From Lama guanicoe (taxonomy: Eukaryota): a stretch of DNA of 64,000 nt. The position numbers and the translations under genes were made by a program. Shown piece by piece: positions 50,565 through 62,682 of the stretch (the stretch's first letter is position 1; each line of letters starts with the position of its first letter). The stretch lies in NCBI GenBank assembly GCA_013239625.1, contig MU053881.1:16608373-16672372 (forward strand), written 5' to 3'. A model generated the notes under the pieces. The model ran no database searches. It had not been told where the DNA came from and saw only the letters and a list, made by a program, of their open reading frames with translations.

Positions 50565-50705
50565 AGTCACCAAATTGAACAAATAAAATAAATGCAGGAT
50601 ACCCGATTAAACCTGGATTTCAGATAAACAACAATTTTAAAAGTATAACTATATCCCAAATTTTTCATTGCATGGACTATACTAAAAAATTATCCGTTGT
50701 TTATC
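50565..50705. mobile_element. MER53-like palindromic hAT MITE (truncated by L1MB); related fragments at about 40545-40635 and 49628-49750
   Basis: caggatacccgattaaacctggatttcagataaacaac...gttgtttatc, with an internal inverted repeat. Confidence 0.68.
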
Positions 50706-50711
50706 ACCATT

Positions 50712-51172
50712 ATCAGAAGGTAGAAACAACCCAAATGTCCATCAGTGGATGAGTGGATAAACAAAATGTGGTCCATCTACACTGTGGAATATTACTCAGC
50801 CATAAAAAGGAATGAAGCCCTGACTCATGCAACAATGTAGATGAACCTCGAAAACATCATGCCGAGTGAAGGAAGCCCAGACACACAAGGTTATACAACA
50901 TATGATTCCATTTATACAAAATGCCCAGAACGGGCAAATCTACAGAGACAGGAAGCAGATTGGTGGTGGCCAGGGGCTGAGGGAGGGGAACCGGGGAGTC
51001 ACTGCTCATGGGATGAGCTCTCCTTTTGGAGTGATGGCAATGTTTAGGAACTAGATAAGGGTGATGATTTGCACAGCACTGGAAATGTACTAAATGCTGC
51101 TGCATCGCACACTTGAAAATGATTAAAGTGGTAAATTTTATGTTATGTATATTTTACCACGATTTTAAAAAA
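50712..51172 (+). mobile_element. L1MB-like 3' end
   Basis: aaacaacccaaatgtccatcagtggatgagtggataaacaaaatgtgg...ggtaaattttatgttatg. Confidence 0.82.
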
Positions 51173-52850
51173 TATCAGGTGGGGGCTGCCTAGGAGGAAA
51201 CTTGGGCTAACCTCAGGCCCATGGCCAGAGTCCCAGAAGAGTTGCGTGCAAGGAGCAGGGACCCTCTTTGGTTGGATAGCTGTTGTCAGGAGCCATAGGG
51301 GATACAGATGTCAGGTACCACTGAGTCCTGGGGAGCAGGGACCACCAATGTGCCCCCTTTACAGAAATGGAAACTGAGGAAATGGGATGAAATGAGATGC
51401 CCAAGAAACAGCATCTGTAGGCCAAGGGTGCCCCAGTCATCGCTGGGGGAGGGCCCGTGGGGGAGCCGCCCCAGGACATTAGGAAGGGAGGGAGTGTAGG
51501 GCTACGCCTCTGACAGCCCCCAGCCACCCCAGTAGCAGTCTCATGGGCTGTGATACCCCCTCAGGCGGGCCCAGCATGCGAGGGCTGATGACCAGAAAAG
51601 AGCTCGAATCCCAGTAATCAGGAGGTGCGTTGGTGAACATCCCCATACTTGGAGCCAGGTAGCTGGCTCCGTTGGGCTGGGGGAGGGGCTTCACCCCTCC
51701 GAGCCTCAGTTTCCCCCTGAACGTGCTCCACCACCCGGTGGGTGGGCGGAGCATTAGCAGAAGGTGCGTCTGCTTGTGGGCTGGTGCACAGTTGGACCCA
51801 AGCCCTGTAGGTTCTGTTATCCCCCCCACCAGACGCCTCAGCAGGGACCTGAAACCCCTTCCTCGAGGGGACCAGACATTGTCCTATTTGTTTAATTGAG
51901 AAGCTCGAGTCACAGAGAGGACACAGGCTCATTCTGTAATGTTTGAACAGGACAGAACTCAGCCCACCCTGTTGGAAAGTGGGGACAAGGTGGGGGCCAG
52001 GGGAGCACACACAGGGAGCTCTGGAGAGGCGAATTAGGGGCAACTGGCTAATTGATCGATTGGTATTTTCTCCGATTAAAGACAACAAGGCAGTGGAACC
52101 GGTCATCTTGCTCTTGGAAGAGAGTGGTTCCCTGCTCAGGCAGAGATGGGCAGAAAAGCACCACCTCCCATGGAAGAGATGTTGAGAGGGACAGACAGAC
52201 AGGGAAAGAGGGAGATGCAGAGAGAGATGGGGAGAGAAAGAGACAGAGAGAAACAGACGAAGGGGCCCTTGAGACTGGTTGGTGGAGTTTAGCCTTCAGG
52301 CTACTTTGAATTGAAGCCCCCGATGGGATTTGAGTCTTCACTGGACAGATGCGGTTACTGAGGCCGGGAGGGGCGACCTGGCACCACGATTCTCCACCCA
52401 CCGGGCCTGTGGATGCTGCTCCTCGTGGAGCCCCCAGCTGGCCTGCTGCGATCCTCAGCCTCACAGATGCCCACTCCCCCCACCCAAAAGTCCCCTTTAG
52501 CCAGTTAAAAATAGCTGATGGAGGATGACGGTGACTTCTGAAAGGGGCCTCAGAGCCCAGGCGGCCGCGATGTGCAGGCTGCCGCCAGCGACAGCACTAA
52601 TTGTGGCAGCGTTCAGGGTACAAAGGCGCCTTCAGGGGAACCGGCATGTCTGGATCAGATTTTGGAGAGCAAACGTTTCTTTCATTTCCCTGAGCCCCGG
52701 CAGGAATCTGCCCTCATGGCAGAAGAAAACATTCCCTGGAAAGGAACAGGATCTTTGGGGGGCGTAGGGGGTGCGGGGGGAGCCCCAGGGCTCTACTGAA
52801 TGGCGGCACATAGGGGACCCCCCAGCACACCCCATAGCAGCCCACCTCCC

Positions 52851-53235
52851 TTAGAGTAAGTTGGGAAGCCTTCCCTGTTCTCTAGTTTTATGAAAGCGTC
52901 TGTGTAGCACTGGCATTATTTCTTTCCTAAACGTTTGGGGAAATTTACCAGTGACGCCACTGGACCTGGCTTTCTCTGTGGGAAGGTTCTCGACCACCCC
53001 GTCAATTTCCTCCAAAGATACAGGGCTATCCGGGTGATCTATTTCTTCTCCAGTGAGCTTGGGGAATTTGAATCTTTCAAGGAATGTGTCCCTGTCATCT
53101 GAGCCATTGAATTGATTGGAATCAAGTTGTTTATAACATTCTCTTGTGATCCTTTTAGTATGTGTAGGATCTGTTGTAGGGGTCCTCTCTCCCCTTCCCA
53201 ACACTGGTCATTTATGTCTTCTTTTATTTTCCTGA
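52851..53235 (-). mobile_element. Internal L1 ORF2 fragment (region between endonuclease and RT domains)
   Basis: Translation TTDPTHTKRITRECYKQLDSNQF...FLERFKFPKLTGEEI...NLPTEK...GKFPQTFRKEIMPVL parallels L1 ORF2 [23 protein letters not shown]...FLDTYTLPRLNQEEV...SLPTKKSPGPDGFTAEFYQ. Confidence 0.85.
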
Positions 53236-54148
53236 TCGATGTGGCTCAGCCCAGGATGAGAAGCCCCAAACCCTGGTGTTGAGTCTGTCCCAAAATTCAG
53301 GCAGTGATGGGCTTTGTGCTCCTCGATGTTCTGAGGGCAATGACATTGGAAGCCCTTAAGGGAAGGCAACCTTGCCCAGCTCAAAGCACAGAAAGCCTGC
53401 CTGTGTAAGGGAAGACCCTGGCTCAGATCTGTTACTTTTCATCAGGGCTGGGATAGGGTGAGGCAAGTGAGGCATCTGGGTGCAAAATTTGAGAAGGTGC
53501 TCCATCAGCAGGCTTGTGGAAGGCAAGGTTGTCCCTGAGACAACTTGGCCACGTGGTCTTGGGTCACCATGACAACACACAATGCCTGTTCTCCCTTGCT
53601 CCACCTGTGAGATGGATGGATTTTCACCCCAGGGAAGTAAAAGCCCTGGGAAATAATAAGAATTCATAGTAATCACTCAGCCTTCTAGAGTCTCTATTAT
53701 AAGCGTTCAGTGCTTAACAACAACATAGGAGTTTCGTTGGTCCCATTTTACAGATGAGAAGACTGAGATCCAGAGTTGGTGGCAGAGGCAGGATTTGAGC
53801 ACTGGCTGTGGGCTCCCCCACACCGCCAGCCTGGGAGTGCTTTGGTTTCACTGCCGCACGCATCCGAAATCACAGCTCCACCCGAGTTCCTCTCCCCCGA
53901 TAGTGCCTGGGTTTGCATACTCCCCCGGAGAAAAGTGACTTAAAGCAGGAACACCCACGGTGTCCCTGACTCTATCTAAGTTCTGGAAGCGGGGCAGCCT
54001 CGGGGACTCTGAACTTGGCTGGTGTTTTCCCCTGGCCCTGGGACCCAGGGACAGGGGTTTGGCCTGCCTTCGGCCCTGAACCACCTGCTCGGCCCGGCTT
54101 CCAGCCGGCCTGCGCGCTAGTGAGGGAGAGAGGGGACCCTCCGCTGTC

Positions 54149-54175
54149 CTTATATACCAGGGTTATTTTTAACCC
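54149..54175 (+). promoter_or_regulatory. Candidate distal KLF2 enhancer core: CTTATATACC-AGGG-TTATTTTTAA (MEF2)
   Basis: Same 10-mer and same 4-nt spacing to a MEF2 consensus as the KLF2 promoter element, inside a repeat-free, CpG-enriched island (about 53850-54420). Confidence 0.65.
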
Positions 54176-54579
54176 GGCCTTCCAGAACATTACGGAGCTT
54201 CCTCTCTCCGACTCGCAGGAAGCCCTACTTGGCTGTGTTTCCTGCTAACACGCGGCCCCGAGATTGCTGAGAACAACAGGCCCAAGACTGCTCGGCTCCG
54301 GGAAAAAAACCTGGCCCCCTTTCAAAGCCCTGACAAAACCCTTCCAGAGCCCGGCACTCCCGCCAGCCGGAGCACGGCCCCCACGGCGCTGACAAATTGG
54401 CTGAGACCATGCTTAAGGCTCCCAGGCAGGGGTACCCCCGCCCCCATCCGACTCCATCATCCCATCCCAAGGTGGGAAAAAAGTGTGTGCCCTCCCCGAC
54501 CCCCAACTGGATGGACAGATACTGGCATTGGTGGATTTTTTTTTTTTACTGCTTCTGTTTTTTATTTTTATCCATGTAT

Positions 54580-55008
54580 TTTTATGGAGGCAAAATTCAC
54601 ATAACATAAAATTAGTCATTTTTAAAGTGGAAAATTTGGTGGCATCGGGTACATTCACCGTGTTGTGCAACCACCGCTTCTATCTAGTTCCAAAACATTT
54701 TCATTGCTTAAAATAAAACCCCGTCCCCATCGGCAGTCACTCCCCTTCGGCCGTCCCCCAGCCCCCAGCAACCACTTATCTGCTTTCGGCGTCTATGGAT
54801 TTGCTTGTTCTGGACATTTCATATACATGGAATTATTCACTGTGGGGCTTTGGATGTCTGTCTTTTTTCACTCGCTCAGCCTGATGTTTTCAAGGTTTAT
54901 CCACATTGTGGCATGAATCAGGGCTCCATTTCTTTTTCTGGCTGAGTAATATTCCACAGCATGGACACATCATGTTTTGTTTACCCACTGAACTGTGGAT
55001 GGATGGAT
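54580..55008 (-). mobile_element. L1MB-like 3' end
   Basis: aaaattcacataacataaaattagtcattt...ctatggatttgcttgttctggacatttcatat. Confidence 0.8.
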
Positions 55009-55710
55009 TTTACTTCTTAACACACTTTTAAGGCTTGGCTTTGGAAGAAATTATTTTTGTCAATGTCGTGTCCTTTTCTTCTTGGAAATGTGTCCATTTG
55101 CAGCAGAGCAGTTCACCCAGGCTGCCTGTGCTTTGGCTGACAGCGTGGAGGAAAGGTGTGCTGGGATAGAGGCATCTCAGCACTTCCGTTCTGGCTTGAT
55201 CTGTGCTTCCTGTGATCGTCTGTGTTCTTCCCAGTGATGGTTTCTCTCCGGGAGGCAGTGGGGTGCCGTGGCATCCAGGACTTGGGACATCTGGCTTCCT
55301 TCACTTTCCAGCCGTGGGACACTTCCTTCACTTTTCCAGCCCTTTAGTTCTCTTAAAGCCTAAAACCTCTGTGCTCTGACACCAGCCCCCAATATCCAGA
55401 GGAACTTTGTGCCCTTTTGCAGATGGGGAAACTGAGGCATGGAGAGGGCATGTGACTTGCCCAGGGCCTCATGGGTACAAGAAACACAGGCATGGCAGCC
55501 CTAGCCCCAGCTTGGGTGGGCTCCTCTCCTGGTTGAGGGGATCCGCGTGAGCAGCCCCTCCCCCATCCCTCCTAGTCTCCTTTCTTTGGCCACAAGCCCT
55601 CAGAGAAGCCACTGCCTCCTTCCCTGATCTCTCTTGTCATCACCTGCGATCACCCATCCTATTGTTTCCTCCTTTGTGGCTTTGTCTCAGGTGGGATCTT
55701 GTCACCAAGT

Positions 55711-55932
55711 CAGTGTTTCTTATTGGGGGGTATTCTGCACCCCAGGGGATAATTGGCCATGCCCGGGGACACATTTGGTGATCACAGCTGGGGGTGGAGG
55801 GTCCTATTGTCATTGACTGGGTGGAGACCAGGGGTGCTACTCGACACCCTACAGTGCATAGGATGCCCCCCTACAACACAGAGGGTGACAGAGCCCCTAA
55901 TGTGGGTAGTTCTGGGGGTGAGGACCCTGCCT
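55711..55932 (+). mobile_element. MER20-like hAT transposon
   Basis: cagtgtttctt...cccaggggataattggccatg...gggtggagaccagggg...gaggaccctg. Confidence 0.6.
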
Positions 55933-55961
55933 TGATGTGAGAGAGATCCTGTTTCTACGTG

Positions 55962-56109
55962 TCTGTCATCAATCAGTTATCTATCACCTGTCAACTGTCA
56001 ATCAATCATCTACCAATCAGTCCTCAATTATCTACCATCCATCTAATTATCCAGCATCTGTCAGTCATCTGTCTATCATCTATATCTATCTAATATCTGT
56101 CATCTATCA

Positions 56110-56151
<42 letters not shown>

Positions 56152-56184
56152 AGTGTCATCTATCAATTATCTATCTATCTATCT
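55962..56184. repeat. (TCTA/TCAA)n microsatellite region
   Basis: Direct inspection; pure ATCT run at about 56113-56150. Confidence 0.9.
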
Positions 56185-57840
56185 AAGAATGATCCAGCCT
56201 TAAATGTCAGCAGTGCTGAGAAACCCAACCAGAGAAGGCTCAGATGTCTGTAACAGAAGGGACAGGGATCCTTTGTGAGCCCGGTCCTTCTCACCTCCCA
56301 CCACCTGTGATCCTCCTACAGCCCTGTGAGGTGGGATCCTCTAGCCCCAGGTGAGGAAACTGGGGCCCAGGAAGGCTAGGGGCCTTGTGTGAAAAGTGGA
56401 GCTCAGGCTTCATTCTGAGGGCAGTAGGGAGCCATGAGAGGTGTTAGAGCAAGGGAGGGAGTGGCCTCTAGGGCCAGGATGTGGGCCTGACTGAGGCAGG
56501 GAGCCTGTGGGAGAGCTGATAGATTCACAGAGGGAGGGGCAATCCAAGTGGAGTTCAGGATAGCTCTGGGGGAGGGAGAGAAGAACAAGGGGGTCTCGGT
56601 AAAGCCTGCTGCAGGCTGTGATTGCGGAAGGGAGGGGACCAGGGACCGGCTTCATTGGGCTCCTCCAGGTGAAAATGGGGGTAAGGATGGCCATCTTCTA
56701 CAGGCCAGCCATGGCCTCCCCAACTTGTCACTGAATAAACATTCATTAGCTCTCTTTCTAGGGCAGATGCAGTTCAGTGGGGACACGGAGACTTCAGGTG
56801 AGGACCTGGCCTGGGAGGCCCAGTCTGAGGGAGACAGCTGGATATCCGCCTCCCCTAGTCCTGTGGGGTCAGGGCTGGCTGGAGGGAAGGACCCAATCCT
56901 GGGGGCACCCCTAGGGGATCAGGGGCTCTGCCTGGGACTGGGGATCATGGCCAGGCTGCCGGGGAAAGGACAGGTAGGTCCAGGCACACACAGGGGGATG
57001 GGCATTCCAAGCAGAAGGCACACAGCACAGGTGAAGGTCCAGAGGTGAGAATTTGACAAATTTGGGAAAATGAAGGCATTCAGTGTGTCAGAGGAAAATC
57101 TTAGGGAGGTGTGGCTGGATTATAAAAGATCGTAAAGTGAGTTGGAGACGGTGTGATGGGCAGTGGTGGGGGTCAGAGGACGGCAGCCTTGGGTGGGAGC
57201 CTCATCTCAGTGGGAACAATGCGTCCCTGGCTCATGGTGAGCTGAAAAGTTGCATCTAAATTTTGATCCTAAGCAGCTTCCAAGCCTGCAGCTATTTCTT
57301 GTCACCTGATTTTGGGTCTGCTTCCCTGGACACCCAACCCTTTGTAGCTGGCTCCAGCAGCCCAACTGGTTTCCCACTGCCCAGCACAGTTCAGCCCTCC
57401 AGCCTCCGACCTCCCTGGGGCTGAGCCCTGGGTCAGAGCCGTGGGCTTCTGAAGCCACTCAGACTTTGGGCTGCATGAGTCTGGGGTCCCTGGGAAGTCT
57501 CACCTCCACCCAGGCCACACTTGAGGTGCTCTGAGTCTGGGGAGAGAGAGCAGGACATGGACACCCCAGCTAGTGGGGCCAAGACTGGGTCAGTGGGAGG
57601 GATGGTTTAGGGGGAGGAGGGTGCATCCAGCTCCACAATGGAATCTGACATGTGGTATTAAGCTAGGGGGACAGCAGAGAGTCCCCTTGGAAGGGAACAG
57701 CATGTGCAAAGGCCCAGAGAACAGAGGCAGCCCAGGGCCAGCCAGGAGGTGGAGCTGGCCAGGGACCAGCTCACACAGGGCCAGGAAGCCGTGTCTGGGG
57801 TCTGGGAGCCTGGAAGGCAAGGGGGTTCCCTGACAGGGTT

Positions 57841-57916
57841 TAAGCTGGAGAGTGGCCAGTTACCCCCTACCCCCAATCTAAGCTGGAGAGTGGCCAGTTA
57901 CCCCCTACCCTCAATC
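57841..57916. repeat. 38-bp tandem duplication (1 mismatch)
   Basis: taagctggagagtggccagttaccccctaccc(c/t)caatc twice. Confidence 0.95.
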
Positions 57917-58349
57917 TGGGGAAGGTCCAAAGAGGGGATGGCCGAGCTGGAGGGGTCTTGGTGCTTTAGCCTGGTCAGCTCCTGGGCCCCTGAGGAGCTG
58001 CAAGCAAGCATCTTCTGGTTTCTCACTTCCGTGGCCCTCCATCCATGACTGGTCCAGATGTGGAGTATTTTATATCGCGGTGGATGCTAGCAGCAGCGCC
58101 CCCTCTCCCCAATCCATCTCTGCACCCCCCCCCACTCACTCCTTTATTTATTGACTCAGTCATTCCTTCCTTGTCCCTGGGGAGCCTGGCACTCAGCTTG
58201 CTTTGGTCCCCCTGGACCCTGGGCTCACTGTCGCCAGGATACCTGTGTCCACTTCCATGAACAAATCCTCCTTGAGTCTGAATTCTACTGGCCACTCTCT
58301 CTGGGTTTCACACATTGTTATTTCCACTGCCAACCTGTATGGGGTGGCC

Positions 58350-59358
58350 CACGGGTCTGCAAAGTATAGTCCCGGGGGCCACATCCTGCCTGCCACCTGT
58401 GGTTGTAAAACCTGTGAGCTGAGAATTATGGTTTTCTTTTCTTTTTAAAATTATGGTAAAAATATACATAACATGAAATACACAGTTCAGCCATTTTTAA
58501 GTGTACAGTTCATGGCATTAAGTCCGTTCACTTTGTTGTGCAACCGTCACCACCGTCTACCTTCAGAAGTTTGTCATCTTCCCAGACTGAACTCTGTCCC
58601 CATTAAACACTCACTCCCTCTCCCCCTCCCTCAGCCCCTGGCACCCACCATTCTGCTTCCTGTCTCTATGACTCTGACTCCTCTAGGGACCTCATATAAG
58701 TGAGATCATACAGTATTTGTCCTTTTGTGTCTGGCTTATTTCACGTAACATAATGTCCTCAAGGTTCATCCATGTTGTAGCCTGTGTCAGAATTTCCTTC
58801 CTTTTTGTGGCTGAATAATATTGCATTGTATGGATACACCATATTTTGCTTATCCATTCATCCATCAACGGACATTTGGGTTGTTTCCACCCTTGGCTAC
58901 CGTGTGTTTTCTTTTCATAATAGCTTTACTAAGATATAGTTCACATACCATACAATTTCACCCACTTAAAGTACCATTTGATGATTTTTGGTATGTTCAC
59001 AGAGCTGTGCATCCGTCCCCACAGTTGACTTTAGAACATTTTCATCACCCAAAAAGAAACTCGCACCCCTTCCTTGTCACCCCTGATAAAAATGGTGTTT
59101 ACATTTTTTAATAGTTGAAAAAAATACTAAAAGAAGAATAATATTTTGTAAGATGTGAAAGTTCTATGAAACTTACATTTCGGTGTCCATAAATAAAGTT
59201 TTATTGGCACCGAGCCCTGCCCATTGGTGGACTTCTTGTCTGTGGCTGCGCTCAAGTGACACTGGCAGAGTTGAGTGGTTTTGGCAAAGCCTGTGTGGCC
59301 CACAAAGCCGAGCACCCGTACCACGTGCACCTTTGCAGGAAAAGTTTGCTGACCCTGC
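58350..59358. mobile_element. MER58B-like hAT transposon split by L1M insertions (about 58440-59090)
   Basis: Left end ...ctgcaaagtatag..., right part aataaagttttattgg...aaagtttgctgaccctg. Confidence 0.6.
58443..58880 (-). mobile_element. L1MB-like 3' end
   Basis: ccatttttaagtgtacagttc...ctctagggacctcatataagtgagatcatacagtatttgtcc. Confidence 0.82.
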
Positions 59359-59544
59359 AATTTCTCCTCACCTCGCCATCCCCGCAGCAGTCCAGCTGAA
59401 CCGCCTCCATCTTGCCCCGAGGCGCCAATGCCAGCCTCCTGCTTCCTCCCCCGATGAGTCCCCTGCCTGGTGGGGTCAGCAGACACCACTGAGGATGGCG
59501 TGTTCGGATCTCAGCTCGAATGTCCCCCTCATAGCTGCCTCAGT

Positions 59545-59762
59545 TCAGGAGTTCTCAGACGCAGCACCACGGACTTCTGGGGCTGGATCATTCTCTGCGG
59601 TGGGGCTGTCCTGTGCATTAGAGGATGTTGAGTAATATTTCTGGTCTCCACCCACCAGATGCCACTGGTACCCCCCTCTACTTGGTTGGTGACAACTCAA
59701 AATGTCTCCACATAGCCTAATGTCCCTAGGGAGCAAAAATTGCCCCTGGAGGAGAATCACTG
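59545..59762 (-). mobile_element. MER20-like hAT transposon
   Basis: ggggctggatcattctctgcggtggggctgtcctgtgcatt...agatgccactgg...gacaactcaaaatgtctcc...gagaatcactg. Confidence 0.75.
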
Positions 59763-60054
59763 CCCTTAAACCACCTCATTTGCATAAAAGCAAGTGCAGT
59801 ATTTAATTTCAAGATTTTAAAATATTTGACTTTATGAATTAATACTAATATTTTAATATTCAATGTTAGGAATATATGCAGCATATATTTAGCTGTTTCC
59901 CTACTGATAGATGTCCCCACTGCTTCCAGTTTTTCACCCTTATTAGGAATAATACAGTTCACATCCTGTGCATAACACTGAATCAGATTTTAAATCACAA
60001 AGTGACCTAATGAAACTCATCCAGATACATGAGAAACACAGTATTCATCTGCAA

Positions 60055-60222
60055 TAGCTTCTCAGCCAGATCTTTTTTTGCTGTGGGTCTCTGTCCTGTG
60101 CGCTGTGGGGTGTTGAGCAGTATCCCTGATCTCCACCCACCAGATGCCAAGAGCCTCCCCCATCAATATAACCAAAAATATCTCCTGACATTGTCCCATG
60201 TCCCCTGAATGTTAAAATCACT
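60055..60222 (-). mobile_element. MER20-like hAT transposon
   Basis: gagcagtatccctgatctccacccaccagatgcc...aaccaaaaatatctcctgacattg. Confidence 0.65.
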
Positions 60223-61499
60223 GTCCCCTTCTACCTAACTCCACCTGCCCTGGTTTGGTGGGAGGTAGAAGGGGAGTGGAAGACCCTCCTCCTCACACAG
60301 ACAGACCAAGGGTTGGACTTTTCACACCTAGAACCTCTCCCACTCCTGTAAGGTGTGAATTACTCACCCCTTTAGCAGATGGGTAAACTGAGGCCCAGTG
60401 AGGGAAGCCAGTGATCTGTCCTTCTGCTCCCTGCCCCCCCCCAACACCCTGGCTTTCTCTGGGCAGCAGAAATTACAGCCTTCTGAGCCCAAAATAGTAC
60501 CTCTCTCTCTCTCTCCAAGGCAGCTGCTGAACACACTGGCCTGCGGTTCAGCCGCCAAAGCTACAGGGATCAAATAAGAGATTCAGATCCTCTCCCTGGG
60601 AGATCATAAACTTCAAAGAAGGCAAAGAGGTCTTGTCCCTGATGATGGGGGCCTGACTGTATTTGCCTGCTGCCCTGCAGAACCACCACAAGTGTCTGAT
60701 GTGGAGAGTCAAAATGAGCCCCTGATGGAGTGGGGCCAGGGAACCCCCCCCATGCTGTCCTGATGGGTGAGCTCAGAAGAAGGTTCCTACAGATTTTTTG
60801 GTGAGAACCTGGGACCCTGGAATGACATTGGGTACAGCTTGTTTACAGGCATGAATTAGAGGTCACCTTCTCCAGGAAGCCTCCAGGAATGCATTCAGTC
60901 GACCCTCACGTGGTCCCCTTTATGAAACTCCTCAGGATCAGGGAAGGGTCTCAGCCATCCCTGGGCCCCAATGGCTCCTTACCATATGGCCAGATAAGAT
61001 GTCAGGGTGAGGGAGTCCCGAGATGGGCACAGAAGCTCAGGCTGGTAACGCTTTGCGGTTTCATTGCATTTTCAGAAAAAGAAGGCAACTGAATCTCATC
61101 ATTTCCAACTCTGCCTGAACATTCAAGTGCACCCAGGGGAGTTGTAAGACCTATGATTTCACCACCTGAACCCAGTGAGCACAGTTAATGCCATCAGCAG
61201 TGGAACAAGCCAACGTCTGGTGCCCCTGATACGAGGCCCCAAGGAAGACCAGTAGGGCTCCTGTAGATCCTGCCCCGAGACGCACAGCTGAACCTGGTTG
61301 CCAGGAACCACCCAGCAAGCCAGCCTCGTGCTACCAAACAGCCTGTCTGGATGCTTCAAAACTGTCAGCGCCGTGAAGGACATGGAAAGGCCGAGACCAC
61401 TCCTGATAAGGGAGGTAAGAGAGACATGAGAACAAAAGACGGCAGGTGAGTCTGGTCTGGATCCCAAATAAGCAAAGAACAAGTTGTCGTAAAGGATAC

Positions 61500-61853
61500 T
61501 GTCTTAGTCCATTTGTACAGCCATAATGCAACACCACAGACTCGGTGGCTTATAAACACAAAGTTATTTCTCACAGTTCTGGAGGCTAGAAGTCCACGAT
61601 AAAGGTATTAGCTGATTTGGCGACAGGTGAGGGCTTTCTGGTTCATGGGTGCTGCCTTTTTGCTGTGTCCTCACATGGCAGAAAGGGCGAGGGAACCCTC
61701 AGGGGTCTCTTTTAAGAGGGCACTAATCCCATTCATGGGGGCTCCACCCTCATGACCTAATCACCTACCAAAAACCCCATCTCCTGACACCATCACATTA
61801 AGGGTTAGAATTTCAACAAATAAATTTTGAGGGGACACAAACATTCAGATCAT
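61500..61853 (-). mobile_element. MLT1A-like MaLR LTR
   Basis: tgtcttagtccattt...ttatttctcacagttctggaggctagaagtcc...ggggacacaaacattcagat. Confidence 0.8.
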
Positions 61854-62386
61854 TTGCAGATTAGATCATGGGATTTCTCAGTGAAAAATTTGGAGAGTGT
61901 GACATTTGTTCTGGGCTTGTGTTGAGAATCTCCTGGTTCTTAGGAGATGCAGGCAGAAGAATTTAGGAATTGTAGAGCATGAAATCAGCAGCATATTTTC
62001 AAATAGTTCAAAAATAATGTATTATATTGCCATGAACTGAATGTTTGTGTCCCCCTCCTCAAATTAATGTCTTGAAGTCCTAACCTCCATACCTCAGAAT
62101 GTGACTGTGTTTGGTGGTAGGGCCTTTACAAGGTGATTAAGTAAAAATGAGGCCATACAGTGGGCCCTGACCCAGTCTGACAGGTGTTCTTATAAGAAGA
62201 GGAACACAAAGAGACACAGGGTGGGTGTGCATATGGAGAAAAGACCCTGCAAAGAAGAAACAAGAAGGCGGCCGTCTGCAAGCCAAGGAGAGAGGCCTCA
62301 GGAGAAACCAACCTGCCTTCACCTTGATCTTGGACTTCCAGCTTCCAGAACTGGGAGAAAAAAAAAGTCTAAGACACCCAGGCTTA

Positions 62387-62682
62387 GATAAACAACCTCA
62401 AGGTCCTACTGTACAACACAGGGAACTATATTCAATATCTTGTAATAGCCTGTAATGAAAAAGAATACAAGGGGGAGGGCATAGCTCAGTGGTAGAGCAT
62501 ATGCTTAGGTCCTGGGTTGAAACCCCAGTACCTCCACTAACAAAAAGAAAAGAAAAAAGAAAGACCTAAGAAGAATATATATACATATATCTGAATCACT
62601 GTGCTATACACCAGAAATTGACACAACATTGTAAACCAACAATACTTCAGTTAAAAAATTATATATATATAGTAAAAAAAAA
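62387..62682 (+). mobile_element. 5'-truncated younger L1 3' end inserted in an MLT1 LTR
   Basis: gataaacaac...ctactgtacaacacagggaactatattcaatatcttg...tgaatcactgtgctatacaccagaaattgacacaacattgtaaa is a typical laurasiatherian L1 3' UTR. TSD aagacacccaggctta / aagacatccggtctta (13/16). Confidence 0.75.
62471..62570 (+). mobile_element. tRNA-derived SINE with internal deletion, nested in an L1 3' end
   Basis: gggggagggcatagctcagtggtagagcatatgcttaggtcctgggttgaaacccc lacks half of the anticodon arm; A-rich tail; aagaata on both sides. Confidence 0.82.

Noticed and set aside
52851..53204. 117-aa ORF as a host gene
   Set aside because: A degraded L1 ORF2 fragment, with conserved motifs such as SPGPDGF altered.
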